Shown in pieces: positions 13,670-14,196 of a stretch of 14,196 nt of DNA (position 1 is the stretch's first letter; each line of letters begins with the position of its first letter). The stretch comes from Anaerolineae bacterium (GTDB lineage Bacteria; Chloroflexota; Anaerolineae; UBA1429): the NCBI GenBank assembly GCA_007123335.1, contig SKLG01000440.1, positions 1 through 14,196 of the forward strand, written 5' to 3'. The position numbers and the translations under genes are program-made. Below the pieces are notes generated by a model, which saw nothing but the letters and a program-made list of their open reading frames with translations, had not been told where the DNA came from and ran no database searches.

Positions 13670-14196
13670 ATGGCGCCCACGATAGCCATTCTCGGCGCAG
13701 GGCCGGCGGGGCTGGCCCTGGCGCTCAAACTGCGTCAGCGCCCCGATCCTCCGCGGGTGGTGGTGATCGAGGAGGAGCCGCAGGTCGGCGGGCTGGCGAC
13801 CAGCTTTCTCCACGAGGGCATCCCCTTTGACTATGGCAGCCGCTACCTGAGCGACGCCGTGCGCGCCGACATCCTGGCCGATGTGCAGGCGCTGCTGGGG
13901 GAGGATCTGCTCTATCGCCAGCGGCAGGCCCGCGCTCTGATAGAAGGCCGCTTCCTCGACTATCCCATCGATACGCGGGACCTGATGAAAGAGATGCCGC
14001 TCAAATTCGCGCTGCGCTTTGGGCGAGACCTGCTCTCCGCCCCGACGCGGCGTATGCAGCCCAATGCGACCTCTTATGCGGAGGTGCTGCTCAGCAGCTT
14101 GGGGCCCACGCTGTGCGAGGCCTTTTACTTTCCCTTTGCCCAAAAGCTGTGGGGCCTGCCGCCGGACGAGCTGGCGGCGGGGCAGGCGCTCCGGCG
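13670..14196 (+). CDS. FAD-dependent oxidoreductase (partial, continues beyond the window), possibly UDP-galactopyranose mutase (Glf)-like
   Basis: ATG at 13670 has AGGAA 6 nt upstream. The N-terminal Rossmann motif is IAILGAGPAGLALALKL...VVIEEEPQVGGLA. The later SYAEVLLSSLGPTLCEAFYFPFAQKLWGLPPDELAAGQA resembles the UGM segment ...[34 protein letters not shown]. The ORF is not in the supplied track because it lacks a stop within the window. Confidence 0.65.
   Translation, partial: MAPTIAILGAGPAGLALALKLRQRPDPPRVVVIEEEPQVGGLATSFLHEGIPFDYGSRYLSDAVRADILADVQALLGEDLLYRQRQARALIEGRFLDYPIDTRDLMKEMPLKFALRFGRDLLSAPTRRMQPNATSYAEVLLSSLGPTLCEAFYFPFAQKLWGLPPDELAAGQALR

Noticed and set aside
13583-14143. 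186-aa minus-strand ORF opposite the FAD oxidoreductase gene.
   Set aside because: It is antisense to a gene with a clear Rossmann motif and RBS. Its composition is Arg/Gly-rich with no start signal.
1-14196. CRISPR arrays, rRNA, IS elements, integrase or transposase.
   Set aside because: No regularly spaced short repeats, no rRNA-like conserved stretches, and no ORF with transposase or recombinase character were seen anywhere in the window.

Overview
High-GC (~65-70%) bacterial chromosomal segment, probably a Chloroflexi- or Actinobacteria-like genome, densely packed with housekeeping genes mostly on the minus strand. Gene order is: a truD-like 3' end; tatC and a tatA/B-like gene with an unusual repeat tail; nusB; Asp23; rpmF; yceD; azlCD on the plus strand; an operon of a hypothetical two-TM membrane protein, dinB and a PIG-L/LmbE deacetylase; a ~1.55 kb low-GC island; an M24 Xaa-Pro aminopeptidase; a C_GCAxxG_C_C gene interrupted by an in-frame TGA; galK; a DM13 lipoprotein; and a partial plus-strand FAD oxidoreductase. 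The low-GC island (~8410-9965, ~45-50% GC, atypical codons) carries an SPFH/band-7 membrane protein and a convergent, 3'-overlapping small ORF with a textbook promoter; it is the clearest accessory element. The second strongest anomaly is the C_GCAxxG_C_C gene, where the TGA sits at the position of the family's first conserved Cys and is followed by a hairpin, so it is either a selenoprotein candidate or a pseudogene. Other points: a perfect consensus sigma70 promoter with an overlapping palindromic operator upstream of yceD-rpmF, a repeat-rich azlCD leader, and an 18-aa triple repeat in the TatA/B-like protein. No tRNA, rRNA, CRISPR array, integrase or transposase was recognised. All calls are from reading the sequence by eye, with no database searches.
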